Below, one piece after another: positions 38,947 through 59,739 of a stretch of DNA of 64,000 nucleotides. The DNA is from Antedon mediterranea (lineage: Eukaryota > Animalia > Echinodermata), in assembly GCF_964355755.1 (NCBI RefSeq), contig NC_092675.1, forward strand, positions 20,184,912 through 20,248,911. The letters run 5' to 3'. A program made the translations under genes and the position numbers. The notes under the pieces are model-generated. The model was not told the DNA's origin. It made no database searches and saw only the letters and a program-made list of their open reading frames with translations. The first letter of the stretch is position 1; each line of letters opens with the position of its first letter.

Positions 38947-40348
38947 TATATAGCCATACTACTACTACTGTAGTTGGCGTTTACTGTATAGTCACTCTCA
39001 TAGACATTGCACCAACATGGTTAACTTAATAAAGGACATGAAAGTCTTTATAGTATTGCATTTCAATTTCAAATCAAGGTGGTGGTGGACCTGGTTAGCG
39101 ACGTCCACATCTTTAACCCTATAATATGTTGACATGGGAAGACTGTTTACCCATGTTGAAAATGGTAAGATCCTTTTTACCCTATAAATATGTAAAATCA
39201 TTAATACAACATGTGTGTAATCATAATTAAAATATAAAGCAGTTCCAAGAATGAGATTGGTTATGGCGTGTGGACGTGTGGAAGTTTGGTTCTTCTATCC
39301 TACTGTACTGTAGACCTTTTCCAATTCATCAAACAGTTTTTTGAATAAAAAATGTCCATGCCTACACACTGGTTTCCGACTTAATCAAAATATTACTATA
39401 AATAAAACAAATTCTGGCTATCCAGTGTTGTACAATAGGGTACAACTGTACCATATGTTTCTAAACCGCACCTGATAGTGTTTTTTTGGATCAGTAGAAT
39501 AATACAATGACTAATAATACAGTAGATAGAAAATATGTGTGGGTTTCAAATGTGGGGTAGTATGTAAACAAAGAAATCTGTTACTGGGCGTAAACAATTT
39601 GTAGTTACTGTAGTTTAAGAAATAAACCAAACTGAAAAGAAGTGTAAAAATTCAGTAAAAAAAAAATTGAAAAATTGTTCATAGTTCACACAAGGATGGA
39701 AAGCTTATTCTTCCTTGCATAATACCTCAGGATACATACCACCTATTGCTTCCTGCCTCAACCTTTAATATCTGTGTAACTTAATACAGTACCTTCATCT
39801 TCCATGATAATATTCTACTTTGTTTTCATAGGCAGATCAAGGAGGGGTGGGGTGCGCAAGATCCAAGTGCTGTATATTGAAACATTTAATCATAGAACAG
39901 AGGGAGACGATCTTAGTGATGGCTAGTTTGTCATTGAGGGACTCTAGACACGAAATAGTTATTTTTACATGTAAATAATTTCTGCTCATTTATATTGATT
40001 AATTAAATGTTTTTATGAACTTGAGTAACACTTAAAAATTAAATACATTACAAACAATATAACATTTCAAAGAAAACCATGAGTAAAGACTCAGCTGTAG
40101 TTATTAATGGATATCCCATTTCATTAGGGTCCAATGAAAAACAAAATCCCTATCTTTAACAAATTTACCATGTTCGATAGAGTATATTGTAATTCATATC
40201 GTATGATACTCTAGTCTGTTATTTATAAATAAAAACACATAATCAGTTTATGCACCTTTATTTATGCATTAAACTCTGCTGAAATAAACAGATATTAATT
40301 TTGTTGTGTTGCGTTAACTGTTTAATTTTTCGTTGGCCACATGCTTAC

Positions 40349-41146
40349 CTCAAATGACCAGGTACAATCAACACCAGCAAATTTCTTGACACATCGACCG
40401 ACCTCGACATCCTCATGCGTACTCCACAAATTTTTTAAGCAATAACTTATATGAGGAATCATACGCCGTAGAGTCTCCCGGCTAAATATCATTCCTGGTC
40501 CTCCCATACAAAAATTCTCTCCTTGTTTAAGATACAATAAACCTTCTTCATCTTTACTACCTAGACCAGCTTGTCCAATAAAATGAGTTTTACTACTGTT
40601 GATGGACCGAAGGAATGTCTCCATTTTATCTCCACGAACATAAACATCGTCATCTGCTCGCATAAACCATTCATACTCGTCTATATAATTATCATGAATA
40701 TATTTTAACATCATAAATGACTTCTTTTGTGGTGGATACGAGTCATCTACACTTGTTAACTTTACCACTGGTAGTTGTTGTAAACTCTCATTAACTTTTG
40801 ATGTTCCACTTGTAAAACACATAACTTTACCAGGTATTGTGTTTGCCCAAGTCCTATGTACAGCTAAGCATCTTGTTGATAAATATTTTTCAGCAGTCAT
40901 AACACCTACAAATAATAATTTACTACTGGGAGTGGGTTGTTCCCGTGAAGTTCTTTGATGAAGATTTTTCTGTAAGCCTATATCAAACTCTTTAGAATCC
41001 AAATGTTTGCAGCCTACATCCTTCGGACTGCCTGGGGAAACACTTACGCCGATTCTCAGCCACGTCGTCAGACAGAAGCTCACGACTAGGCTTACAAGAA
41101 TACTCCATACTTCCCGTGAATATAACCTGGATCTCCGCATAGCCAT
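40349..41146 (-). CDS. CHSY1: chondroitin sulfate synthase 1-like, coding exon 1
   Basis: ATG and a type II TM segment; LFVGVMTAEKYL, VDDSYPPQKKSFMMLKY, WFMRADDDVY, FCMGGPG, HEDVEVGRC; WSFE/gtaagc donor in phase 0 with exon 2. Spliced length is 780 aa. Confidence 0.93.
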
Positions 41147-41446
41147 ATTGAAACTTTGCTTCCTAGCCTGAACAAATCACCGAATCTAACATCACATTTG
41201 TATCAAACACCGGAGCACATGTTTATTGAATGTGAATAATAAAAATTTACTATAAATTCCACACTCCATCGTAGTCCAAACAACAATGGTGACTACTTGA
41301 GTAGACTGGTAAAAGTACAGTGTGGTCGGGCGGTAATGCAATTGGATGATCAGAAGGTTACGTCATAACTACTTTGCATGCTAAATCAGAAACTTAGTTT
41401 ACCTTTGACCTAGTTTTAAGTACCACCAACTAACTACCACGAATAA

Positions 41447-42453
41447 CCAAGAAGGAAGGATATTGACATTGTCAATGACAATTTTATTGTTATATCATAT
41501 CATATTTGTTTCTCAATCTTTAAATAAAATTACCAGGATTGGTGACATTTATAGAAACTTGCGTCAACTCAGAGATTATAGTCATTCATTTTCCGTCCGG
41601 GTACGACGGTAAGTATAAGGCCATGGCAGTTACTTGTGGCACCATATGGAGTAATCTTCACTCCATGCTTGTGGTGGTGTACTCGCTGCCTGCTAACAGG
41701 CGATGTGAAAATTGTACTCGCGTCCAATAACGACAATGGCCTTTATTTATTACCGTTCTGCATTTTATGGCATTATCAATCAATCAACTTATCAATCAAT
41801 ATTGTGTTCCAAACACTAGTTATAGTTTATTAATTTACAAAATCGAAAAGCAAAAGTGAACTTTTATTTATCTTTATATCCCCTGAATAATTATGCAAAT
41901 AAGAGCCCATTTTTGCGAGGAAAAAAAAGTATAAAATACACCACTAAACAATGTGTCCACATATACTTCGATATTAAAAATCATATAATCAATCAAGCCA
42001 TCAAAATATAACCAAGCCTCATCAGTAAAATTTGAAAATTATACAAAATGGGATATTATATATATATATATATATGAACACATATGCAAATATTGTTGAA
42101 AAGTGATATTGTACTTTGAATCTTGGTGCCAACCTAATTATAGCTTTAACCATGGAGGTATTTTATACCTCCATGCTTTAACATTAATAAATACTGTATG
42201 TCTATTGTATAACTTTAAAAAAGAAATCACAGATATATAGGAAATAATGTTTCTTTGAAGGAATAAAATGTATAGGCCTACTTGATGTCAAACTTTCCAG
42301 ACGGGTATATCGCTTTAAGAGATGCATGCGCATCAACCAAAGACGAGGTTGAAACATCAGATTCTCTTATGTATAAAGAAATGTCTAATCACTGTTCATT
42401 CAAAACAGAGATACTCAAACACATTTATTTATTTTATTTGTTCTTTCTTTAAA
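41447..42453 (+). repeat. ~1-kb duplicated segment, copy 1 (possible promoter/first exon)
   Basis: Collinear with 60631-61241 plus 63167-63518; contains CG|GTAAGT at 41609. Confidence 0.9.
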
Positions 42454-43554
42454 CTGAAATACACTTTCAATACAAATGTACTGATTTCCAAAGTGGTTCA
42501 GTAAACATATTTACAACAAAAATAAAATATAAAACAAAAACAAAAAGAAAGAAAACCGATATAAAACTATTTACAATTGTGAAGGCAAAAGGTTAAATAT
42601 ATATATGTTTTCTATAGTGAAGATTTAAAAGTTGCCAAAGACATATTATAATGGAGTTCTGATTTTATGTTATTTGGTAGAGAATTCCATAGTTTAGTTG
42701 ATCTTATCTATAAACAAAACTTCTTTTAGCCTGAGAGTTATTCCATGAAGTCATTTTCACATATACCCAAGCACATTATCTATGTATTTTCCACTCTGTC
42801 TGATCTAATTAATACCCCTTTTTTTGACACTGCCAAGCTATGTGAAAGTGTTCTCTTCCTTTTATTATTGTATAGTTTTGCAGTTTTAATTTTTGTTTTA
42901 TTCATAGTCAATTGACTATGTTTTAGTGTAGTGTATTAAGTATATGAGGTTCTACAGCTAATTAAATATGCGAGGTCTTGTACTCACACCTCATAAATAT
43001 TGGGCATAGGTATGTAAACAAAGACAGATATCATGTATCAAGTTATCTTAATCTCTACAATTCACTTCTATTATAACATCAGTGCTGTGAACATCATAGT
43101 CTTTTCTGCAGAGTTTCTTTAAAATTAACATTACCAAAACTCAATTTTGTAATTTGTTAACTGTAGTGTAAGTAAAAATCAATATTACAATTTTCTTGTT
43201 ATACAATTATGATTTAACCATGTAGGTTTATGTAATGATTTAGTTTGTGTTATTAACATACAGAACAGCATGTACAGTGTCACAATGTAATGGTTATAAG
43301 GGACATAAATTATTTTGGACTAGTAGGTTAGGACTAGTAGTTGAACCTGATTGAATGGCATACTGTTACAGTGTTTTGTATAATTATTTTAGTAGGGAGT
43401 ATCGGTACCTCATTAACAGTCAATGTATAAGGGTTGCAGTGTTGCGTATGTCTTTATACTTTCCGTTAATAATAATTAAACAATTATCTAATCAAACTTC
43501 ATAATCTAGTAATATAATAAAGCTCTTTTTGAAATCAAATTTTCGTTTTTCATG

Positions 43555-45435
43555 AAGGTGGAAATAAACGTTAAAACTTTACAAACGTTTCGTGCGTTAG
43601 CATCGCACTTTTTCAAGGTAGTGGTTTCAGCTTGGTTTGCCGACACTGATCATGGCATAGTCACGTGATGTTGTTGTGACATGCGCCCTCTCTGAGTTAT
43701 TTCTTTAATACATCTGGGTGAATCCCAGGGGGGTCCGCCCCGGCCGGCCGTCTCACTTCTAACAGGTCATCATATATGTGTGGCAGCCACTTTCCTCCTT
43801 GGTCTCTGTTCATGTTGTTTCCAGTTTTTCTAATTGTAATTGCTTCTTGCCATCCTCTCTTGTTGATGTTTCCCTCTTTCTTTAACACTTTCGCCTCCCA
43901 ATTAGGTGTATGGTTTTCCTTTATAGCATGGTCTGTGATTGCAGATTTATGTGTAATGTTTGATTGTGACATTCTGCTTGACCTTGTCATGACTCCTTTC
44001 ATGTGATCTTCTACATCTTTTTTATGTTCTTTTATTCTGTTTCCCAGTTTTCTACCAGTTTCTCCTATGTATATTAAGTTGCAATTCATACAGGGTACAC
44101 CATACACTACTCCACTTGTGTCCTCCGGCTTAATCTTATCTTTTGGGTGTACTAGATGCGATCTTAATTTGTTTTGGGGTACGAAGTAAGAGTTAATTTT
44201 ATGGCTAGTGAGCGTTCTACGTATCTTTTCGGATAGCCCTCTCACATAGGGTAAAGCTACGCTGCCACGCATGTCTTGTTTGTTTTCTCCTTTTTTCTGG
44301 CTATTTTCTTTTTTTTTGTGTATCACTCTATTGATGGCCCAATTTGGATATTCACATATATTAATTAAGTACCTTTTGGATGTGCTTCATCTCTTCTCTT
44401 TTGCTCTGCTGTGTTGTTACAATGTTTTGGCATCTGTCCACTAGTGTGTTGATGACGCTCAGCTTGTGCTCAAGAGGATGCCTTTTTGATTTGAAGTTTA
44501 AGTATTGGTCAGTATGTGTGGGTTTCCTGTAAATCGAAGTTTTTGTAGTACCGTCAGTTTTTAGGGTGATGAGGCAGTCCAAGAACGGAAGAGTGTTATC
44601 GGTAATTCTTTCTGTAGTAAACTTGATACTTTTAGTAGGGTCTATGGTGTTAAGATGTTTGTTAAGATCTTCTATAGATTCTTTTTTGACTACAGCTAAC
44701 ACATCATCTACATACCTTCGCCAATAAGTGGGTCTGATGTTGTCATTTGCCCTGCTTATGGCCTCAGTCTCCAACCATTCTAAAAACAGGTTAGCAACGA
44801 TTGGGTTAATTGGACTTCCCATAGCTATGCCAGATTTTTGCCTGTATATGATGTTTCCAAAACTAAAGTATGCGGTGTTCACGACCAGAGACAACAGTTT
44901 CATAACATCTTCTACTTTCAGTTTTGTACGGTTTTGTAGCGTTTGGTCAGCCCTCAAGCATTCATATATTATTTCCAGTGATTTTTCTGTAGGGGTTTTT
45001 GTAAACAAAGACACTACATCAAAAGAAACAAAGGTTTGGTTAGGTGACACATGAAGATCTTTTAGTTCGGTGGCTAGTTCTTTAGAGTTGTTTATTGAGT
45101 GTGTGGTGTTGCCAACCATTGGTTTTAGAATATCTCTTAGAAATTTGGACACCTCATAGTAAATGGAGTCTATGCCGTCAACGATTTGCCTCAAAGGCCA
45201 ATTTGGTTTATGAATTTTAGGTGTGCAATATAGCCTCGGAGTTTTTTCCGCTGTCGGGAATAATTTACATTTTTCCCCATATGTGATTTTTTCACTTAAG
45301 CAATCTATTTAGGGTGTTCACCAAAGCACGTTTATATTTTGGAGTGGGGTTTGATTTGAGTTGTTCATATACTTGGTCGTCGGATAACATCTCACTAACC
45401 TTAGCTTTATAACCTGTTGTGTTTCTACAACCGTA
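43555..45435 (-). mobile_element. 5'-truncated Penelope-like retroelement (RT + GIY-YIG endonuclease)
   Basis: ORF 44361-45194 has SFDVVSLFT, YRQKSGIAMGSP, RRYVDDV, LPFLD and YRKPTHTDQYL; ORF 43697-44326 has LPYVRGLSE, GVVYGVPC..C..IYIGETGR, RIKEH and MNRDQG. A frameshift near 44360 separates them, with further lesions upstream. Confidence 0.93.
43578..43622 (-). ncRNA. minimal hammerhead-ribozyme-like motif in the Penelope 3' region
   Basis: Minus strand CTACC-TTGAAAA-A-GTGCG-ATGCTAA-CGCAC-GAAACGTT-TGTA: U3/A8 core variant, 5-bp stem II, palindromic AAACGTTT stem III; stem I imperfect. Confidence 0.6.
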
Positions 45436-46378
45436 GCACATAAATTTCCATTTCACACCTGATTCAGAACCCGGAAAGTGTCAGACACTGGTTGCGTGTA
45501 TTTACACTGCAAAATACCAACCCGTGTAAATGTTCTAGATTAATTGAAATATCGCCCTCTCATGGATGAAGAGACACCCTGTAACGGTCTGCTCATTATC
45601 ACCTTACTTTTTTTATGGCAATACAAACAAATTGTGTCTACTCGTGAAAAATAATATTTCTGAAAAAAAATAACGAACAAATAACTATACATTTAATTTA
45701 ATTATTTAATATGTGAAAAAAGAAAAAAAATCTGTCTTAATTGTATGTAAATTAAATACTATAGTGAGCAAGGATAGCAACCAACCGGAAAAATACGCTG
45801 GACTGTTTACACCGCGAATACGCAAGTACATAAGTTTTTTCCAGGTTGACTTGATGCGGAATACATTGCACATCACTTAAGGGCCTTTCACACCTGTTCC
45901 GGCATGGTTCTGGTTCGGCGAATCGAACGGCAATGTTTCGTTTTCACTATGCTCCACATGGCTATGCGCCAATCGATATGCGCATGGCCGCGTAAAAATG
46001 AAACATTGGCTTTGCCAGCGCCAGACTGGAACCGTGCAGACGGGCCCTTTACCCGTGTGGTTCAGCGACCGGGTTGACTTTTTACGTTGTTTAAACCGGC
46101 CTGAATTTCTGCGTCCCAGGTACAATTCGGGTTACTTAATTCTGGATCAACTTGATTTGAGTTGTTATTTGTCCTAGACTCCTACTGTAAATTCAAACTA
46201 TACTTTCAAATGATGTTTTTATTTATTTACAATATAATTTTGTACACAATTTTAATTTCAGTGATTTTTTTTATGAATGTAATTTCTTTTTTTCAGTGAC
46301 TTCTTGAAAGTGTACCAATACCCAGCGGTTGACAACCGGGGCAAGTCAGGCTTACAGTACTTATGCCATCTGTGAATA

Positions 46379-53978
<7,600 letters not shown>

Positions 53979-56044
53979 ACATTGTGGGATGGAATTGTTC
54001 ATTGATAATTAAGTTTTGTGATCTTTTTTCTCTTTAATTGTTTTATATTTTCAATATCATTGAATATTATAGTATAGGCCTAACTAATATATCTTATCAG
54101 CTCTGTCTACACTATCAAACTTTATGAGACTAAAACGTGTAGACATAGCTTTAGAGAACTTTTTTGTAATTGTTTTTTTTTCTTTTGATGTTTTATTTTC
54201 TGTTTAAAAATAAGTTTTTTGAGCTGTGATCGTTAAAATGTTATATTTGTTGCATATTTTATATATGTTTGTTGAATTCAACATAAAGATATTGTATGAT
54301 GTGTTTATGAATAAATATACAGTACCTTGAATTATTATATTGTGGGTTTTTCTCGATATACCTTCATCCTTTAAATCTTTTAGGAAAAAAAAGCACCATT
54401 ATTATAAAGAAGGTCCATCTATTTTTATTTTGTGAATATTCTGTGAGACTCGACTAAAAAACCATGTTTTGTGGTATATGTTGTCATTGTACGTATGGTA
54501 AGTTAAGCTGAGCTTTTTCTCCATGATTACTTTAAGTATGCGAACTCAACCAATCCAAGTCTTGAAATTTAAGAAATTATTGTAAGATATGTAGTAACAC
54601 TTTTAAAAAACTTTTTGGAAATTATTTATTACAATTGCATATGTATTTAAACAAATAGAGGGACTAGGCATCGGAATCTTAACACATTTCTATTTATATT
54701 TCTGACATAACTTAAGTATTCCTAAAATTGAGGGCGCCAAAAATAAAATTTAGGAGATTGAAAGGAAGCGGGAAGCCACAAACAAAAACAAAATTGTGGT
54801 GTGCTCCCTAGCACGATATGGTTATCTGTGGTACCACGACATCAAATGCTTTGATGTTATCGCCTCATGATGTGTGGTGGAAAGGGGGACGTTTAAATCT
54901 GTGAACCCTAAACACAGAAGCTCGCATAGCTTTAACTCTATTCCACCGACCGACAAGAGATCGATTCAACACGACGCTCTGCCGACTGAGCTATCCGGCC
55001 CTCTGGTTTATCGCAAGGCTAAAACTAGATTCGTTTCTTCAAAATTACGTCATGAATATGCAAATTTATGACGTATAAGACTATACTATTGTCACCCTTT
55101 ATTACTCATGTACATTGTTGCATAACAGATAGTGCTCTAGTAACTATCGTTTGAATTCTCTCAACTCTAATAGCTGGGGTTCAACGATTCTCTACGGATT
55201 TTTAAAAAAAATAAATATAAATTGTTTTTATTTTATTTTGAAGGAGAGATATTTAGAGAGTCAAATTAATTTAGGATAATCATATATATATATTTATATA
55301 TTTCCATATTTCGAAGTCTAATTTCCGGGCACCTGCAGGCTGGTATACATTTTTTTAAACATGGAGAAATTATTATTATTATTTGTCATTAGGGTAGCCA
55401 CGCCCCAGTAATAGCATGGTCCCTCCTTCTGGTTATCTGAGTTCGAAATTCACTTCAGTTTTGGCAGCTGGTGATATTTTGTATACACTGTTTTGTACAT
55501 CGACCATAAACAAATGATTATGAAATGGTAGACAATTCCGTTTAGACATTTATTAGCTGTAATTTTGGTCGAAATGAAAGAGAGAGACTTTTGCGAAACA
55601 ACCAACACAACCACACCTTTCGTTGTGTTTTCATTGCTTACTTTTCATCATTGATTGTTTCAATTTCTTCATGCCCGTGGCGTCTGTATCGTGTACAAAC
55701 GAGTCGTAATTATTTGTTTTTAATGAGAGCAATGACGGTGCTACATCCCGATCAAACAAATTATTTATAAAATTCAGACCAGGGACCAGCCCGAAACGTT
55801 TCGGTGACTGCTGCAGCTCAGGGGATGTTAGAAGCTAGACAAGAAATAATGTCATGGCCGCCTCATTTAATGCACAGCTCTCATTTTCTAAAAAGAGACA
55901 GACGGAGGCTAAAAAATCGAAAGCCTTTGCGGCAAAATGACGTCAAAAGGCGGCCTATCAAGTGTCTTGTGTGTACTGTCAAGCCGCTGCTGTTAAAGTT
56001 TCACGTCATTCATTTTGCTGTCATAGTCCTGAATGTATTCTTAA

Positions 56045-56394
56045 AGATGTATTGTCCCCCAAAAACATGAAAAATCAAGATTAATTAAATCAGTCTTTGA
56101 ATAGGTTATTTTGTAGTTTTAATAAAGTTAATCACTTCCGTAGAAAAAAAAACTTTATGTTTCATTTATAAAATGACAAACTAAATGGTTAAATTCAACC
56201 AAAAATACATTGGCTAGCAGTCAATTTGACTAATTTTTGCTTTCAATTTGCAGTGTTTTTTTAAGGTAGGCCTAAATACATTTTTTTCGATCTGATTTTT
56301 TGGTAAATGTGGATAACTATTTTGTGACATTAAAATGGAATATTCAACAACAAAAAATTTCAATAATTATTTTTTTCAGGGGGACAATACATCT
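56045..56394. mobile_element. Kolobok-like MITE, same TIR family
   Basis: TTAA-AGATGTATTGTCCCCC...GGGGGACAATACATCT-(T)TTAA. Confidence 0.85.
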
Positions 56395-57724
56395 TTTAAT
56401 ATGTGAAAAATGTTTCCAAATTATATTTTGGCAACATTGCCACGACCGGTTCTAAAAAAGTTTTATTAAGCCCACTTTATTCAAGTTTCCGTACGAAACA
56501 CAAGTGCTGCACAAAAACAGTTTATTCCAAAAATAAAACTTTATTTTTAAATACATATATTATATATACAACGATATATTTAGTGTAGACAACACAATAA
56601 AACATTCTTAATATCAGGTAAAAAATAATACTGTTTCTTAATTGCTGTCCTAATGCAAATAAACACATAATAATAATTACATACACCCTGTATATTAGTA
56701 CTTAAAATATCGATAGGCTTTTTCAGTTGTTGGGGCATACTGTACATTCTGGAAACTTAATTATAACAAGATTTTTTTAAACACATTTATTATAAATTTA
56801 TTATATTGGAAGGTATGCTTGGTTGAATTAATTTGAAAAATCATTTTAAAAATAGGCCACGTACCAAATTATAACATTACATAAACTCATTACAAAAATA
56901 CATTTGTAGAAAATATTCAAAATAGCCTATAAGGAAGATTAGGAGCTTTTTTCCGTTAGGGTCCTTTCATGTGACTTATCAGGATTTAATCCAAATACTC
57001 AAAAAAACTGTTTTTGTCTTTGTGAAATCGTTTAGTCTTAAAGAGATGGATATATTGTTTACTGTAATATTTCTGAATACGCAAACATGAATAGTAGCAT
57101 CAAATACTTGGGTAACATATGGTAAGAAATGATTGTTTTAAGAAAAAAAAAAAGGGGGGGGGGTATAAAGGTATAAAGCACACATGCAGTGTGGGTTTTT
57201 TGTTCGAATTTAATTTAAAAACCAAATAGTAATAAATAATGTAATTAAAACTACATCACTTGTGTAGTGGCGTGGACGAATGTAAAAATAGGAAAGTTTG
57301 CACTTTGTTCGTTACACAAACTTATACATTTTGCGCATCCACCACGAGTAAAAAACGGAATTGCACTGGGAAGGGTTTTAATACTACATCTAAATTAATT
57401 AATTATCTGCCATCTTTGATCCAATCTAAATTTTCCACTCTTAGCTGTTCGTTTTACAAATAGTACATATTTTTGCTATCACACGCGCCAATACCATGGG
57501 GGTATCATAAGGGAAGCTCAGTTTGACTACATTTGGGCGGTCTACCTATAGTAAATCAATGTAGACCTATGGATGACATTTTTCCGAAAGAAATTGATAT
57601 AGGCTACCACGGTACTCGCATCTGGTGTAACATTCAGACGGCTTTTTACTATATTGGATAAATGGAACGTGTTTTATCTATTATTATTTTGATTAAACTA
57701 AAGCCACTCAAAAACTAAAAGCCA

Positions 57725-58595
57725 TCCTGCTATAAAGCACTGATCATTTCTTCGTCGTCTAAGTTTGTAAAGGGGTTCTCAAGTGGTGTAGGCTACATGG
57801 GTTCTCAAGTGGTTAACATGTAGCTGTCCCTGCTCAACGCAGAATTGCGACACAACGCGATATCATCACTAGATTGGATTGTCTTAAAAAGGGTAATTCC
57901 GGGCATTTTTTTAAGGGGGGATTATTTCACGATGCGCGTTGTTCTTTACCGCTGACGAATAATAAAGTGGGGTTATTTAAAGTTTATATTTTATCCCTGG
58001 AGTTACTTTAATTTTAATGCTTTTGTGAACGTCTTTCATCGTAGCCTTCGCATTTTATATTTTTACATCAACCCAACCCCTTCCCCCCGCAAAACCGACG
58101 AATTTCCGATGTAACTAGCTAGTCGCAATAAATATTTGTTGTTATTAATGCCGCGAAGTATCCGGTGTAATGCACTCGTGGTATCTTCTTCTCTCGAGTC
58201 GATAGGCCCTAGGGTTAATTTTTAAAACAGCAAAGTCGACAACGAAACTCCGCTGAATACATGATATTTAGCAAGTGCCTGGGGAAATTATGATCAATTC
58301 TGCAGTGTTTTCTATTATTTTAGTTAATTTATAGAGAAAGACACTTTATCTCACAAAAGCCGACTTTTCAACAGTCACGTAAACTTAAAACGGTTAAAGA
58401 AAACTCATTTCCGTGGCCAGCAGGGTGTGTAAAACTTGTAGAATAGGCTTAGAATATTATGCTTAATGATGCGCTTTAATATTTGACTTGTACTGAATAT
58501 TCGTCGTATAATAGAAAATAATTCGATTCTCAAACAAAATCCGTTCGTGAACACGGACCACCACGACTCTTAATTTTAGCGGTGGTGGTCTCTAG
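57725..58595 (+). mobile_element. probable non-autonomous Helitron (second family)
   Basis: A|TCCTGCTATAAAG start; 3' hairpin GACCACCAC...GTGGTGGTC followed by CTAG|T; CpG-rich interior. Single copy in the window, so the 5' end is uncertain. Confidence 0.55.
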
Positions 58596-58779
58596 TCGAC
58601 ACTACTCTAACATTTGGCAAGTAGAATTTAAAATACACTGAATCTTTGGTGCGAACAAAATAAAGAAACGGCCTCTATTCTCGTCATCTAACTTGTCTTC
58701 ATCAGTGATAGTGGTTACCTTGATTCTGCTTACCTATGTTGACGTTACTTGAATATTCAAGTACAACATTGGTTCTATT

Positions 58780-58860
58780 GTAATATAATTGAATAATATA
58801 ACAATTTATATAGCGCACATATACACTAAAAGTGCTCAAGACGCTATTACAATTGAAGTG
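58780..58860 (-). mobile_element. L2-type LINE/SINE 3' tail fragment
   Basis: Minus strand TGTAATAGCGTCTTGAGCAC...GTGCGCTATATAAATTG..TATTATT, similar to the tail of the SINE at 6877. Confidence 0.5.
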
Positions 58861-59049
58861 AATATGCCCAGAAAATGTAGCACGAGAAAACCGACGTCAC
58901 AGTAGAACCTCAAGAGGACTAAAATCTAGGCCAAATTTCAGGGGTAGCAAGCGTGTATAAAAATCTGAATGTTCATGCAGTATTATGTTTTACAATTACG
59001 ACGAATACATTTAAAGTTAGACGATGTATTCCTAGTCCGCAAGTCATAT

Positions 59050-59200
59050 AACTCGGTTCCTATTTTTGGACGAAAGCGCACCGCCAGTAATTTGACCAAT
59101 CACGTCGCGATGGATCATCCGAACTGTCGCTTGTGATTGGTCAATTCACAATCCCGTTACGCCTATGTCACACCTTGCGTTCAAATAGGAACTAAGCTTG
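59050..59200. mobile_element. ~150-bp palindromic MITE-like element
   Basis: Outer GTTCCTATTT/AAATAGGAAC and inner TTGACCAATCAC/GTGATTGGTCAA inverted pairs. Confidence 0.55.
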
Positions 59201-59739
59201 TACGGTACTTATAGTACTTATTTTGGGTGTATTTATTCCGCATTGCTGTTCGCCTTAAAATGTTGTTCGATCATCTGCGATATGCACAATATCATAATGG
59301 CATCAAATTTATGAATGTGATCGAGTGGGTATACTGTACCTGTGAGTCTTTTTTTTAAACCATAGACCTACATTTCTTCTTTTTTTCTTCTTCGCCGTTT
59401 TAATTTAATTGAAACTATAACTATGAAATTAATTAATGATAAAATTATCGAACTGAAAAACAGAATTAATATTCTTGTAGGCCTCCATACTGTTGCATTT
59501 GTTGATACACATAAAACGAAGTAACGTTTCCAAGAAACATGACATTAACGTATTGGAAATGGAAAAACACACCTATTAAAAGTTTTATTCAAAGTGTATT
59601 GTCCACTAAGCAAATATTTTATTTCGCGAGAACGCAATGCGTATAAATATTTTCATCTATTGTGCTTTTTGACACGAAAAAATGACATACCGACCTAACA
59701 TCAGAGTTCATAGGATGTTCGATTCGCGGAAATATATCG

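Noticed and set aside
41539-42504. Short ORFs conserved between the two duplicated segments
   Set aside because: The conservation reflects recent duplication; indels between the copies shift frames and no domain is recognisable.
45440-46135. Harbinger-like ends (GGGCCTTTCACACCTG) between Penelope and the ZNF array
   Set aside because: No matching inverted partner or TSD could be identified, so boundaries cannot be supported.
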